Below the pieces are notes generated by a model. That model was given only the letters and a program-made list of their open reading frames with translations. It made no database searches and was not told where the DNA came from. From Chloroflexi bacterium UBA5189 (GTDB lineage Bacteria; Chloroflexota; Limnocylindria; Limnocylindrales; CSP1-4): DNA of 64,000 nucleotides. Shown piece after piece: positions 27,930 through 37,453 of this stretch. Position 1 is the stretch's first letter, and each line of letters opens with the position of its first letter. The position numbers and the translations under genes are program-made. Location: positions 149,241 through 213,240 of the forward strand of contig DHWF01000031.1 of assembly GCA_002413045.1 (NCBI GenBank), in the 5' to 3' direction.

Positions 27930-30118
27930 TGGCCGCAGGCCCCGAGGAGGGCCACGCTCTCCGAGTGCCGCATCATGCCGCGCTCGATCCTGCTGCCCCC
28001 CGCACCATCCCGCGGCGTCGCCCCTCATCCGCGGCGGCGCTGAGCGCGCTCGCGGCGGCACTTCTCCTCTTCGTCTTCAGCTCCGGCGGCACCCTCGCGG
28101 CAACGACCGCCAGCCCCAAGTGCGACGCGGTCAACCTTCGAACCGGACCCTCCACGACCTACACGAAGAAGACCAGCGTCAACACCGGCGCGGTCCTCAC
28201 CGTGGCCGCAGCGGTGACCGGCGGCAGCTACGCGACGACGTGCGCCGGCGTCTCGATGTCCGGGACGAGCTGGTACCGGTTCAGCGCGATCAACGGTAAG
28301 AGCGTCGCATCGCTCTACGGCCTCACCTATCTGTACGGCGCGAGCAAGCTGTTCAGCGCGGTGACCGCGCCGACGGCGAGCCCGACCAGGGCGCCGACCG
28401 CGGCACCTACAGCCGCGCTCACGGCTCCGCCAACTGTTGCGCCCACCGCCGTGCCAACGTCGGCACCCACGGCCGCACCGACTCCGGCACCGGCAACCCT
28501 GGCGGCGACCTGCGATTCCGTGAACCTCCGCACCGGCGCCGGCACCACGTATGCAATCAAGGCCTCTGTCGTGGCAGGGACCAGGGTCGCGTCGGTCGCG
28601 ACGATCAGCGGCGGCGCGTGGAGCACGTCGTGCGCGGGCAAGGCCCTCTCCGGTAGCACATGGCTGAAGATCGATGCCGTCAACGGCGTGAGCACGACCA
28701 CCGCCTACGGGGTCGGCTTCGTCTACGGCGCGAGTGGCCTGTTCACCGCGATCGCGACGCCGACGCCGACCCCGTCGCCGACGAGCGCACCGACGTCCAC
28801 CCCGACACCGAGCCTCGATCCGGGCGCGTCACCCGATCCGAGCGCGAGCCCCGGCGCATCCGCGAGCCCTGTCCCGTCCGCGACCCCGGGTCCCACCCCT
28901 ACCCCGAATCCGGTCACCCTCCCGGCGACGATCACGTTCTACGGCCGCGGCTACGGGCATGGCGTCGGGCTCTCGCAATACGGCGCGAAGGGTCGCGCGC
29001 TCGACGGCCAGACGGCCGAGACGATCCTCGCCCACTACTACAAGGGCACCACGATCGGCGCCATGTCGAACAGCACGGTGCGCGTCCTCGTCCTCCAGTC
29101 GTTCGCCGCAACCTCGACGAACCCGGTGCAGGTCTACGGCCGCGGCGCGACCTGGTCGATCGACGGGATCGCGAAGACCTTCCCGGTCGATGCGCGGCTG
29201 CGGTTCACCCCCACCGTCTCTGGGACGACGACGACCTGGAAGGTCCTCGTCACGGGGACGGACGGGTCGACGCTCTACAGCGGCGCCTCGGCGTCGAGCA
29301 TCCGGATCCGCTCCGGCGCCGGCACGACCCTCCAGCTGTGGTCGACGCCGTCCGCCTATGACCGCTTCCGGAGCGTCCTTCGCCTGATCGGCAACACGAA
29401 CGGCACCTCGCTCGTGAACGTGGTCAACGAGCTCCCAATGGAGTCGTACCTGCGGGGCGTCGTGCCCGCCGAGATCTCGGCCTCCTGGCCGATCGAGTCG
29501 ATCAAGGCCCAGGCGATCGCGGCCCGCTCCTACGCCGAGTACCGCCTCCACCCGACGACCGGCACGTACGACGTCTACAACGACACTCGCTCGCAGGTCT
29601 ACCTCGGCTACCTCGCCGAGAAGACCGCGACGAACAGCGCGATCACGGCGACGGCCGGCAAGGTCCTGCGAACGAGCACGGGCGCCAAGGTCACCGCGCT
29701 GTTCCACTCCTCCGACGGCGGCTGGACCGAGAACAACGAGAACGTGTTCACGTCGTCGACCGGGGCCAAGACCGCCGGCGTCTACAGCTACCTGCGCGGC
29801 TCGTCCGACCGGCGCCCCGACGGCACGTCGTACGACAGCAGCTCGCCGTATGCCACGTGGCATACGAACACCTACACGCTGGCGCAGATCCAGGCCTGGT
29901 TCGCTGCCGATTCGCGCTCGAACGTCGGCACCCTGGTTGCCCTCGACCTCCGGAACCGCGGCGTCTCCGGCCGGCTCATCAGCGTGACCCTCATTGGCGC
30001 GAACGGGACGACCAAGCAGGTCTCCGGCGCCGTGTTCGAGTCGATCTTCAACGCCCACCGGCCGTCCGGCGATCCGTCGATGCGGAGCACCCTGTTCGAC
30101 CTGATCCCGATCCCCTGA
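27929..30118 (+). CDS. SpoIID/LytB-domain cell-wall protein with two N-terminal SH3b-like domains and Pro/Thr/Ala linkers
   Basis: FYGRGYGHGVGLSQYGAKGRA. Duplicated CD(A/S)VNLRTG..T.Y modules. Linkers APTAAPTAALTAPPTVAPTAVPT and PTPTPSPTSAPTSTPTPS. Confidence 0.85.
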   Translation: MAAGPEEGHALRVPHHAALDPAAPRTIPRRRPSSAAALSALAAALLLFVFSSGGTLAATTASPKCDAVNLRTGPSTTYTKKTSVNTGAVLTVAAAVTGGSYATTCAGVSMSGTSWYRFSAINGKSVASLYGLTYLYGASKLFSAVTAPTASPTRAPTAAPTAALTAPPTVAPTAVPTSAPTAAPTPAPATLAATCDSVNLRTGAGTTYAIKASVVAGTRVASVATISGGAWSTSCAGKALSGSTWLKIDAVNGVSTTTAYGVGFVYGASGLFTAIATPTPTPSPTSAPTSTPTPSLDPGASPDPSASPGASASPVPSATPGPTPTPNPVTLPATITFYGRGYGHGVGLSQYGAKGRALDGQTAETILAHYYKGTTIGAMSNSTVRVLVLQSFAATSTNPVQVYGRGATWSIDGIAKTFPVDARLRFTPTVSGTTTTWKVLVTGTDGSTLYSGASASSIRIRSGAGTTLQLWSTPSAYDRFRSVLRLIGNTNGTSLVNVVNELPMESYLRGVVPAEISASWPIESIKAQAIAARSYAEYRLHPTTGTYDVYNDTRSQVYLGYLAEKTATNSAITATAGKVLRTSTGAKVTALFHSSDGGWTENNENVFTSSTGAKTAGVYSYLRGSSDRRPDGTSYDSSSPYATWHTNTYTLAQIQAWFAADSRSNVGTLVALDLRNRGVSGRLISVTLIGANGTTKQVSGAVFESIFNAHRPSGDPSMRSTLFDLIPIP

Positions 30119-30253
30119 CGCCCGCTCCATAGCGGTCCCGCGATGGGACAATGCCGGTCTAGATCCCCTGCATGACGGACCGCGAGCTGGCCACGCTTCG
30201 CGGGTGTCACGCGCTCACGCGCACAACACTCGGGCACCACGCGCATGAGCCGA

Positions 30254-30652
30254 TCAGGTCGACTTGGCGAACGGCCCATCCGCTTCGTCAAACCTTGGGT
30301 CCTCAGACATGGACCACTTCACCTTTCGCGCGATCGCAACTGCGGACATGGTTGTGAATGCGGCAGCCATGCTCACGAGTGGGTAGAGAAGGTCGGTTGA
30401 GGTCTTGGTGATCAGGAAGTAACGCAGGTTCCAGCCGAGAACAAGGAACGCCAGGAGCGTCACAGCCCGCAGGACCGCTTGCGATCGGCGGAACAGCAGT
30501 AGCGCACCCGCGATTCCGTAGACCACCATGAATCCGACGTTCACAGGGGTGACAAAGCGCAGCAGCGTGAGCGCAGCCAAGAGCCACAGCACGCCCGCAA
30601 GCTTGGTGCGACCCATCCAGGTGTCCACCGGCCCGCCTCCCACTGGCAGCAT
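30254..30652 (-). CDS. Hypothetical 4-TM membrane protein
   Basis: Hydrophobic 132-aa ORF. Visibly lower GC than the flanks. Alternative start ATG 30616. Confidence 0.45.
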   Translation of the reverse strand: MLPVGGGPVDTWMGRTKLAGVLWLLAALTLLRFVTPVNVGFMVVYGIAGALLLFRRSQAVLRAVTLLAFLVLGWNLRYFLITKTSTDLLYPLVSMAAAFTTMSAVAIARKVKWSMSEDPRFDEADGPFAKST

Positions 30653-30768
30653 ATCGACAATGCCAGGGCGCTAGATAGGCGTCGATGACCGCCAAGTGAT
30701 CTGCACCGTTGATAAAACGATCTGGGTCACGCCGCGGTAAGCGCCCGAGCGCGATGCCCGAACCCGGG

Positions 30769-32397
30769 TCAGGTCGGGGCGGGAGTGTCCGAGGGCGGCG
30801 GGAGCGTCGGCGTGGGTGCAGGCGTGTGGGACGGGCCGGTTGTCGGAGCCGTCGTCGGGCCGGCCGAAGGCGCGGGCGACGGCGTCGGCGTGGGCGCGGG
30901 CAGTCCGAGGAGGTTCGCGATCGCCGCTTGGATCCTGGTGATCTCCGACTTCGTCAGCCACTCCGCGTAGGTCGGCGGCACGATCCGGAGCTGCTTGACC
31001 GACGCTGCCTGGGCCTTCCCGAACAGCTCGACCAGGCTCGGTAATGACGAGCGCGGCAGATCCGTCCAGACGAAGCCCTTGGCCGCGGAGAAGAGGTCGG
31101 GCGCGTTGAGGATCGTGTCCGGCCCGATCTGCTTGCGGACCGCGAGCAGGAGCGTCTGCTGGCGGGCCATGCGGCCGTAGTCCGAGTCCTGGTGGCGGCT
31201 GCGGGCATAGAAGAGGGCGTGGCGGCCGTCGAGATGCTGCTGCCCGGCCGGAAGGGACATCGCGATGTGGCCGTAGACCGGGTCCGGGTAGTTCGCGTCG
31301 TAGACCGCCGACGGGATGTTGATGTCGATCCCGCCCATCGCGTCGACGACCTTGATCATCCCCCACAGGTCGACCACGAGGACGGCGTCGACCGGGCGGC
31401 CGGTGAGCTGCGAGACCGTCGCGCGAACCGCGCCGATGCCCGCGACCGCGCCCGTGCCGGGCCAGCGATCCGGATGGATGACCGTTGCCTCGACGTACAG
31501 CGCGTTGAGCAGGCCGCTGAAGCAACCGCAGGCGACGGCGTCGCGCGCCGCTCCCGGCGGGAACGGTGCATTGATCAGGTTTCGGGGCAGGCCGATCATC
31601 GCGACCTTGCCGGTGTTGACGTCGACCTCGACCAGGAGCATCACGTCCATGCGCCGGCTCCAGCGATCGCGGCCGGCGTCGGAGCCCATGAGCAGCAGGT
31701 CGAACCGGCCATCGCTGCCCCAGGGGACCGCGCCCGGCCGAACCCACGGGACGGACACGTTCAGGCCAGGCAGGTTGCCGGTCCCGGACCCCATCGCGAC
31801 GGGCGGGCCCTTCGTTGGGCCGACGGTCGGCGAGGCATCCGGAAGGATCGAAGCGTCGGGGTTGCTCGGCTCGGCGGTGGCGTCGCCGCCATCGTCACCC
31901 GGGTCGAACGACCAGCCCGGGGGCGGCGTGTCGAGCGGCGCGTCCGTCTCCTCGGGGCCGTTCGCGAAGGTGGAGTCGAGGAAGTCGCTGGTCGCCGCGA
32001 TCGTGGAGCCAAGCCACAGGTGCGGGACAAGCACCAGGATGAGCATCGCCGGGCCGACCACGCCGATCGCGAGCCAGGGCCGGGACGTGCGCCGGGTCGC
32101 ATCGAAGCCGGCCGCGAGCCGCCACACGGCGAGGGCGATGTTGACCACCGCGATCGCGGGCAGGACGCCTGGCGTGACCACGAAGGCGAGAATCGCGGTG
32201 AACCCGCCCGAGACGTACATCCCGAGCAGGGCCGCGATCAGCAGCGCGATGGGGGCGAACAAGAGCAGCGCGCCCCGCCTGCGCCCGAGCAGCAGGTGGC
32301 CCGCGCCCGGCAGGAGCAGATCGAGGAGCGCGGCCGCGGTCAGGCGGCGCGGGGACGGCTTCGGGGGTCGGCTTGGCGCTGGGGTTGGGTTGCTCAC
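30769..32397 (-). CDS. LytR-CpsA-Psr (LCP) family cell-envelope phosphotransferase
   Basis: N-terminal TM helices. LLVEVDVNTGKVAMIGLPRN, HALFYARSRHQDSDYGRMARQQ. C-terminal Pro/Thr/Ala-rich tail. Confidence 0.85.
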   Translation of the reverse strand: MSNPTPAPSRPPKPSPRRLTAAALLDLLLPGAGHLLLGRRRGALLLFAPIALLIAALLGMYVSGGFTAILAFVVTPGVLPAIAVVNIALAVWRLAAGFDATRRTSRPWLAIGVVGPAMLILVLVPHLWLGSTIAATSDFLDSTFANGPEETDAPLDTPPPGWSFDPGDDGGDATAEPSNPDASILPDASPTVGPTKGPPVAMGSGTGNLPGLNVSVPWVRPGAVPWGSDGRFDLLLMGSDAGRDRWSRRMDVMLLVEVDVNTGKVAMIGLPRNLINAPFPPGAARDAVACGCFSGLLNALYVEATVIHPDRWPGTGAVAGIGAVRATVSQLTGRPVDAVLVVDLWGMIKVVDAMGGIDINIPSAVYDANYPDPVYGHIAMSLPAGQQHLDGRHALFYARSRHQDSDYGRMARQQTLLLAVRKQIGPDTILNAPDLFSAAKGFVWTDLPRSSLPSLVELFGKAQAASVKQLRIVPPTYAEWLTKSEITRIQAAIANLLGLPAPTPTPSPAPSAGPTTAPTTGPSHTPAPTPTLPPPSDTPAPT

Positions 32398-32579
32398 CGG
32401 CGGAATGATGCCTTGCCTCCGGGGTCGTGTACCAGGTACGAAAGTGCCAGTCCGGTATGGGAGGGTACGGTGCGGTGTGACGCGGTGTGGTCCGGTGGGG
32501 TTACGCGCGCGTTTCGCGACTCCAGCGCCGTCAGCCTATGGATGCCGGTCGAGGCGCTTCGCGCAACTACCATTTGCCG

Positions 32580-33098
32580 ATGTCCGAGCCGACGGTCTTC
32601 CAGCTCCTCGACTACCTGTACTGGATGCGCGACCGCGTTCTTGCGGCGGCCGCCGCCCTCGACGCCGAGACATTCCAGCACACCGCGGTCGTCGGGCATC
32701 GCGACCTGCGCCAAACCCTCGCCCACGAACTCGACGTCGAGATGAGCTGGCGCGGCAAGCTTCGGGGCCAGCCACGCGAGACCTGGGGACCCGCCGCGGA
32801 GATCAAGCCGGAGTGGTTCCCGAGCATTGCCTTGCTCGCCGACTACTGGCATGGCGACGAGGCGCAGACCCAGGCGTGGGTCGGCGGGCTGTCAGCGGCA
32901 GATCTCGCGGCGCCCGTCACGGTCAACGGCCTCGATGGCCGCTCGCTCGCGACGTACCTGATGGCCGTGGTCGCGCACGGAATCACGGAGCTGGTGTGCG
33001 CAGGCGCAATCCTGGAGCAGCTCGGCCATCCCACGGGCGACCTCGGCCTCCTCAACTTCCTCGACGAGACGGCGCCGATCGCGCCCTCGGGCGCCTGA
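32580..33098 (+). CDS. DinB-family protein
   Basis: ATG 32580. LLDYLYWMRDRVLAAA...LRQTLAHELDVEMSW...VAHGITE, a four-helix DinB-like pattern. Confidence 0.7.
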   Translation: MSEPTVFQLLDYLYWMRDRVLAAAAALDAETFQHTAVVGHRDLRQTLAHELDVEMSWRGKLRGQPRETWGPAAEIKPEWFPSIALLADYWHGDEAQTQAWVGGLSAADLAAPVTVNGLDGRSLATYLMAVVAHGITELVCAGAILEQLGHPTGDLGLLNFLDETAPIAPSGA

Positions 33099-33144
33099 CG
33101 CCCGCACGGGGCACACTCAGCACCTACAGCAGACCGGAGGATCG

Positions 33145-33522
33145 ATGAGCAACCTGCAGGATCTGGCGGATCGGCCGCTCCTCGAGATCTGGGGCGACGC
33201 GGTTCGCGCCCGTCGGGTCCAGGGCGACCGGATCACGCTCGCGATCGTCGAGCTCGCCCCGAACGCGGTCGTGCCCGAGCACCGACACGCGGCCGAGCAG
33301 CTGGGCATCGTCATCCGCGGCCAGATGCACTTCACGGTCGACGGCGAGACGCGCGACCTCGGCCCGGGCGGGACGTGGCGCATCCTCGGCGATCGACCGC
33401 ACGACGTGGTCGCGGGACCCGAGGGGGCCGTCGTCATCGACGTCTTCAGCCCGATCCGCTCCGACTGGGACGAGAAGGTCGTCGTCGAGCCGTCGCCGGC
33501 GCCGAGGTGGCCAGAGGCGTGA
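33145..33522 (+). CDS. Cupin-domain protein
   Basis: VPEHRHAAEQLGIVIRGQMHFTVDGE...GGTWRILGDRPH, the two cupin motifs. Confidence 0.8.
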   Translation: MSNLQDLADRPLLEIWGDAVRARRVQGDRITLAIVELAPNAVVPEHRHAAEQLGIVIRGQMHFTVDGETRDLGPGGTWRILGDRPHDVVAGPEGAVVIDVFSPIRSDWDEKVVVEPSPAPRWPEA

Positions 33523-34379
33523 GCCTGTACCGGCTGCGCCGCGGCCTGCCCGAGCTCGTCGCGCCGACGGTGGTTGTCGCGCTCGACGGCTGGGTCGATG
33601 CCGGGAGCGCGGCCACGAACGCCGCGGCGACGCTCGCGGAGGGCGGTCGCATCCTCGCCTCGTTCGATGCCGACGAGATCTTCGACTACCGCGCTCGGCG
33701 CCCGACGCTCCAGATCGTCCATGGGCGCCCGCGCAGCCTCGACTGGCCGGAGCTGAACCTGCGCGCGACGCGGGTCGGCGAGCGCGACCTGCTCGTTCTC
33801 ACGGGCGCGGAGCCGGACTACCGCTGGCACGAGCTGTCGACGGACATCGTGGGCCTGGCGCAGAAGTTCAACGTCGCCGAGTGGATCAGCCTCGGTGCGA
33901 TCCCGGCGGCCGTGCCGCACACCCGCCCCGTCCCCATCCTCGGCACCGAGTCGCGCGCCGGCCTGCTCAGGGGCGGCACGCTGCCCGGGCCGGAGGGCAT
34001 CCTGCGCGTCCCCGCCGCCGCGATCTCGATCTTCGACATCGCGGTCGCGAAGGCGGGCATCCCGGCGGTCGGCTACTTCGCCCAGATCCCGCACTACGTT
34101 TCGGGGCCGTACCCGGAGGCGTCGATGGAGCTGCTGCGCGCGCTCGGGAAGCACCTCGACGTCGCGCTCGACATGGCTCGGCTGCCCGAGGAGGCCCGCC
34201 TCATGCGGATCCGGCTCGACGCCGCGGCCGCCCGCGAGGAGACGACGAAAACCTACGTCGAACGGCTCGAGACGCTGGTCGACGAGGCGCGCCTGCCGTC
34301 CGGCGACGACCTGATCAGCGAGATCGAGCGATTCCTCCGCGACGGCGGCAACCAGGGTGGCAGCGGGAGGCCGAATTGA
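33519..34379 (+). CDS. PAC2 (proteasome assembly chaperone 2-like) family protein
   Basis: GTG 33519 overlaps the cupin stop (GTGA). VVALDGWVDAGSAA...FDADEIFDYRARRP...LLVLTGAEPDYRWH...AVPHTRP. Confidence 0.8.
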   Translation: MSLYRLRRGLPELVAPTVVVALDGWVDAGSAATNAAATLAEGGRILASFDADEIFDYRARRPTLQIVHGRPRSLDWPELNLRATRVGERDLLVLTGAEPDYRWHELSTDIVGLAQKFNVAEWISLGAIPAAVPHTRPVPILGTESRAGLLRGGTLPGPEGILRVPAAAISIFDIAVAKAGIPAVGYFAQIPHYVSGPYPEASMELLRALGKHLDVALDMARLPEEARLMRIRLDAAAAREETTKTYVERLETLVDEARLPSGDDLISEIERFLRDGGNQGGSGRPN

Positions 34380-34669
34380 CCGACGAGCTTGGCGGGCCGG
34401 GGGAGGACCTGCGCGACTGGCCGGAGATCGTGATCCTGGGCCGCGACACCTGCGAGGACACCATCCGCTCGCGTGGCCATCTGCATACCCTCGGCGTCCC
34501 ATACGTCTATCGGAACGTCGAGCTCGACCCCGTCGCCGACGCCTGGAACCGCTCGTTCAACGACGGCGAGCGCGTCACGCCGGTCATCCTCGTCGGCGAC
34601 CCGGACAACCCTTCCGCCGTGCTCGTCGAGCCGTCCGACGAGGAGCTCCAAGCCGCGATCGGGGCATAG
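34376..34669 (+). CDS. Glutaredoxin/NrdH-like thioredoxin-fold protein with a single active-site Cys
   Basis: TTG 34376 overlaps the PAC2 stop (TTGA). Alternative GTG 34430. IVILGRDTCEDT...GVPYVYRNVELD...TPVILVGD. Confidence 0.6.
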   Translation: MTDELGGPGEDLRDWPEIVILGRDTCEDTIRSRGHLHTLGVPYVYRNVELDPVADAWNRSFNDGERVTPVILVGDPDNPSAVLVEPSDEELQAAIGA

Positions 34670-34992
34670 CTGCACTCGGAACGTGACCCGGCGCCGGTGG
34701 CGTCGGCCAGGCGAGTGCCTCTTTCGCCGACTTGCCTTCTGACGGCGGTTGTTCACCACATGAACAGATTCAGGCCTACAAGGGGCATACGGCCTGTCCA
34801 GCGTCGCCAGGAGCGCGGCCGACGCGGTTCGCCACGCACGCGGCGCGCTGATCGAGCGTTCCGGTGGCCGATTGCGGAGACACCCGACGTGCTTAGGCCC
34901 TCGCTTGCCGCGAATCTGCTCATGTCGTGAACATCGCGCGCCGCAAGCGCGCGCTGGAACCCTCGCCGGAGCCATGCCCAGGCCGCGCGAGG

Positions 34993-35550
34993 CTAGGAGC
35001 CGCCTCGGAGCTTGAGCATCGCCTGCATCGCGGCGAGCTTCGGGGCGAACTCGGTGCGGATCTGGTTGATCGAGGCGTGATCGAGGTCGAGCTCCGAGGC
35101 GATCTCCTGGAGCGTGTCCGATTCCGCCGAGGTAATCGTGTCGTCCGCCGCGCCGACGAGGTAGCAGCAGCGCAGCAGCGCGATTCGGTCGGCGTCGGTG
35201 GAGAGGTCCTTGAACTGGCGGGTCACGAGGTAGTCCTCGGTGCCGGCGTACAGCAGCGACTGGTGGCGCGCGATCTGGGCGACGAGGGTCGCCTGCGCCT
35301 CGGACAGGCCGCCGTGCTCGGCGACGAGCTTCTCGATCGCCGCCGACTCGACGGCGCTGATGTCGAGGTCCGCCGCCGCGGCGCGGGTCAGGATGTACGC
35401 GAACGAGGCCAGGAAGCGCGCCTTCTCGATCGGGATCGCCTCGAGCTGCCGGGCGATCCGGCGCACCGTCTCCGTGTCGTTGCCATCGACGCGGGCTTCG
35501 ACCGAATCACCCGGCACCCCGGCGCCGCCCAGGAACCGCCGCATCGACAT
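34993..35550 (-). CDS. TerB-like (tellurite-resistance TerB family) protein
   Basis: ATG 35550. FAYILTRAAAADLDISAVESAAIEKLV...LLRCCYLVGAADDTITSAESDTLQEIASEL, a duplicated helical acidic motif. Confidence 0.6.
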   Translation of the reverse strand: MSMRRFLGGAGVPGDSVEARVDGNDTETVRRIARQLEAIPIEKARFLASFAYILTRAAAADLDISAVESAAIEKLVAEHGGLSEAQATLVAQIARHQSLLYAGTEDYLVTRQFKDLSTDADRIALLRCCYLVGAADDTITSAESDTLQEIASELDLDHASINQIRTEFAPKLAAMQAMLKLRGGS

Positions 35551-35591
35551 GGCCCGAGTATGGCGCGCCGCTCGCGAACGGGCGTCCGCGC

Positions 35592-36632
35592 TCAGTTCGC
35601 CGTGGGCAGGAGGTCGTCCCGGACGAGCTGGTCGACCGTCACCGAGTTGGGGACCAGCCCGAGCGTCTTCATGTAGTCGATCGATGCCTGCCAGCCGGCG
35701 TGGTCGATGATCCCGAACGCGCCCCCGCCCGACGCCGGCGACCAGGTCGCGATCGTCGCGGCGAGGATTGCAGCCTGCGTGGCACGGTCCTTGCCGAGAT
35801 CGGGGACTTGGGCGATCGAGGCGTCGAGCCCAACCTTGGGGTCTGCCGCGATCTCGGTCATGGCTCGCAGCGTTGCGGCGACGAATGTCGCGATCGCGTC
35901 GCGCTTGCTGGCGATCGTCGCCGTCGAGGTGATCAGGCCCGGCCCGGGCAGCGCGACGACGTCGTCGACGTGGAGGACGACCGCTGGTGTTCCGGAGAGC
36001 TGGAGCTGGACGGGCTCGTTGTTCGCGAAGCCGGTCGCCGCATCGACAGCGCCCGCCTGGACAGCAACGCCCTGGCCGAAGTCGGGGTACTCCACGATCG
36101 TCACGTCGTCCGGCGTCAGCCCAACCGACTTGAGCAGCGCCTGAAGCATGATCCAGGAGGAGCCGTACTTGCCCGGGATGCCGATCTTCTTGCCCTTCAG
36201 GTCGGCGGCGGTCTTGATGCCGGACGATGCCTTCGCGAAGACGATCGAGGGGTAGGTGCCGTACAGCGTCGCGATGTACTGGACCGGGATGCCCTGGCTG
36301 ACGGCCGGGATGACGTCGGTGCCGTCGGCGACCGATATGTCGATCGCGCCCTGACCCGTGAGCGTGATGAGGTCGGGGTCGATCTTGTTCTCGAACGTCA
36401 CGTCGAGTCCCGCGTCGCGGTAGTAGCCGTTCTGTTGGGCGAGGTAAAACGGCGCGAACTGGACGCTCGGGATGTACCCGAGCCCGACCATGAGGGTGGT
36501 GGGCGCGGCCGTGAGCGCTCCAGGCGATTCGATCGGCGGCTCGGTCACCAGGCCAGACCCGCCGGGCTGTCCGCAGCCGGCGACGAGGATGCCGATGGCG
36601 AAGGCGGCAGCGAGGCGGTAACGGACGGGCAT
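35592..36632 (-). CDS. ABC transporter substrate-binding lipoprotein, NMT1/THI5-like (NitT/TauT family)
   Basis: Lipobox GILVAGCG. VGLGYIPSVQFAPFYLAQQNGYY...GKKIGIPGKYGSSW. Confidence 0.85.
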   Translation of the reverse strand: MPVRYRLAAAFAIGILVAGCGQPGGSGLVTEPPIESPGALTAAPTTLMVGLGYIPSVQFAPFYLAQQNGYYRDAGLDVTFENKIDPDLITLTGQGAIDISVADGTDVIPAVSQGIPVQYIATLYGTYPSIVFAKASSGIKTAADLKGKKIGIPGKYGSSWIMLQALLKSVGLTPDDVTIVEYPDFGQGVAVQAGAVDAATGFANNEPVQLQLSGTPAVVLHVDDVVALPGPGLITSTATIASKRDAIATFVAATLRAMTEIAADPKVGLDASIAQVPDLGKDRATQAAILAATIATWSPASGGGAFGIIDHAGWQASIDYMKTLGLVPNSVTVDQLVRDDLLPTAN

Positions 36633-36658
36633 GGGTGTCTCCTGGTGGTGGGTGGCGG

Positions 36659-37453
36659 TCAGCGGGCGCCGACAAGGGCGCGTTCGACGAGGACGACGAG
36701 GCCGTAGAGGACGATGCCCAGCAGGGCGATTGTCAGGAGGGTGGCGAAGAGCAGTGGGATATCGAAGAGGCTGCCGCGCGCGATGTTCACGAGCACCCCG
36801 AGCCCACGAGTGGCGCCGGTCCACTCCCCCACGATCGCCCCGACGACGGCGAGCGTCACGCCGACGCGCAGCCCGCCGAAGATCGCCGGCAGGGCGGCGG
36901 GGATCTCGAGCGTCGTGACGATCTGCCAGCGCGTTGCGCGGAGGCTGCGAGCCAGCTCGAGGAGGCGCGCGTCGACCGCTCGGACGCCGACCATCGTCGC
37001 GATCGCGACCGGGAAGAACACGATCAGCGCGCAGATCACGATCTTGGCCGTCAGCCCCGGCCCGAACCACAGCGCGAGCAGCGGCGCCAGCGCGAGGATC
37101 GGCGTCGCCTGCGCGGCAACGAGGTATGGGGACAGGAGGCGCTCGGCAAGCGGAAGCCGCGCCAGGACATAGCCGACGACCAGGGCCAGGCCAGCCCCGA
37201 TCCCGAACCCGAGCGCCACCTCGTACAGCGTCCGGAACGCGTGCGGCGCGATGGTTCCGTCGGCCCAAGCGGAGATGAACCGAGCGGCCACGAGCTCCGG
37301 CGCTGGCAGGATGAACGGCGGGTAGCCCGAGATGATCACGATCAGCTTCCAGACGGCGATGAACACGACGAGCGCGATCGCTGCGCCTGCTGCGGCAGGA
37401 ATGCGCGCCAGGCCGCCGGCCCTCGCTCGCGCGCCGGCTTGCAGCGCGGTCAT
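36659..37453 (-). CDS. ABC transporter permease (NitT/TauT family)
   Basis: EAA-loop region LARSLRATRWQIVTTLEIPAALPAIFGGLRVG. 6 TM. Confidence 0.9.
   Translation of the reverse strand: MTALQAGARARAGGLARIPAAAGAAIALVVFIAVWKLIVIISGYPPFILPAPELVAARFISAWADGTIAPHAFRTLYEVALGFGIGAGLALVVGYVLARLPLAERLLSPYLVAAQATPILALAPLLALWFGPGLTAKIVICALIVFFPVAIATMVGVRAVDARLLELARSLRATRWQIVTTLEIPAALPAIFGGLRVGVTLAVVGAIVGEWTGATRGLGVLVNIARGSLFDIPLLFATLLTIALLGIVLYGLVVLVERALVGAR

Noticed and set aside
34750-34766. LexA/SOS (Cheo-type) boxes at the TGTTC...GAACA palindromes (34750-34766 and 40754-40764).
   Set aside because: The half-site order is reversed relative to GAAC-N4-GTTC and the spacings (7 and 1 nt) do not fit. 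No SOS genes are adjacent.
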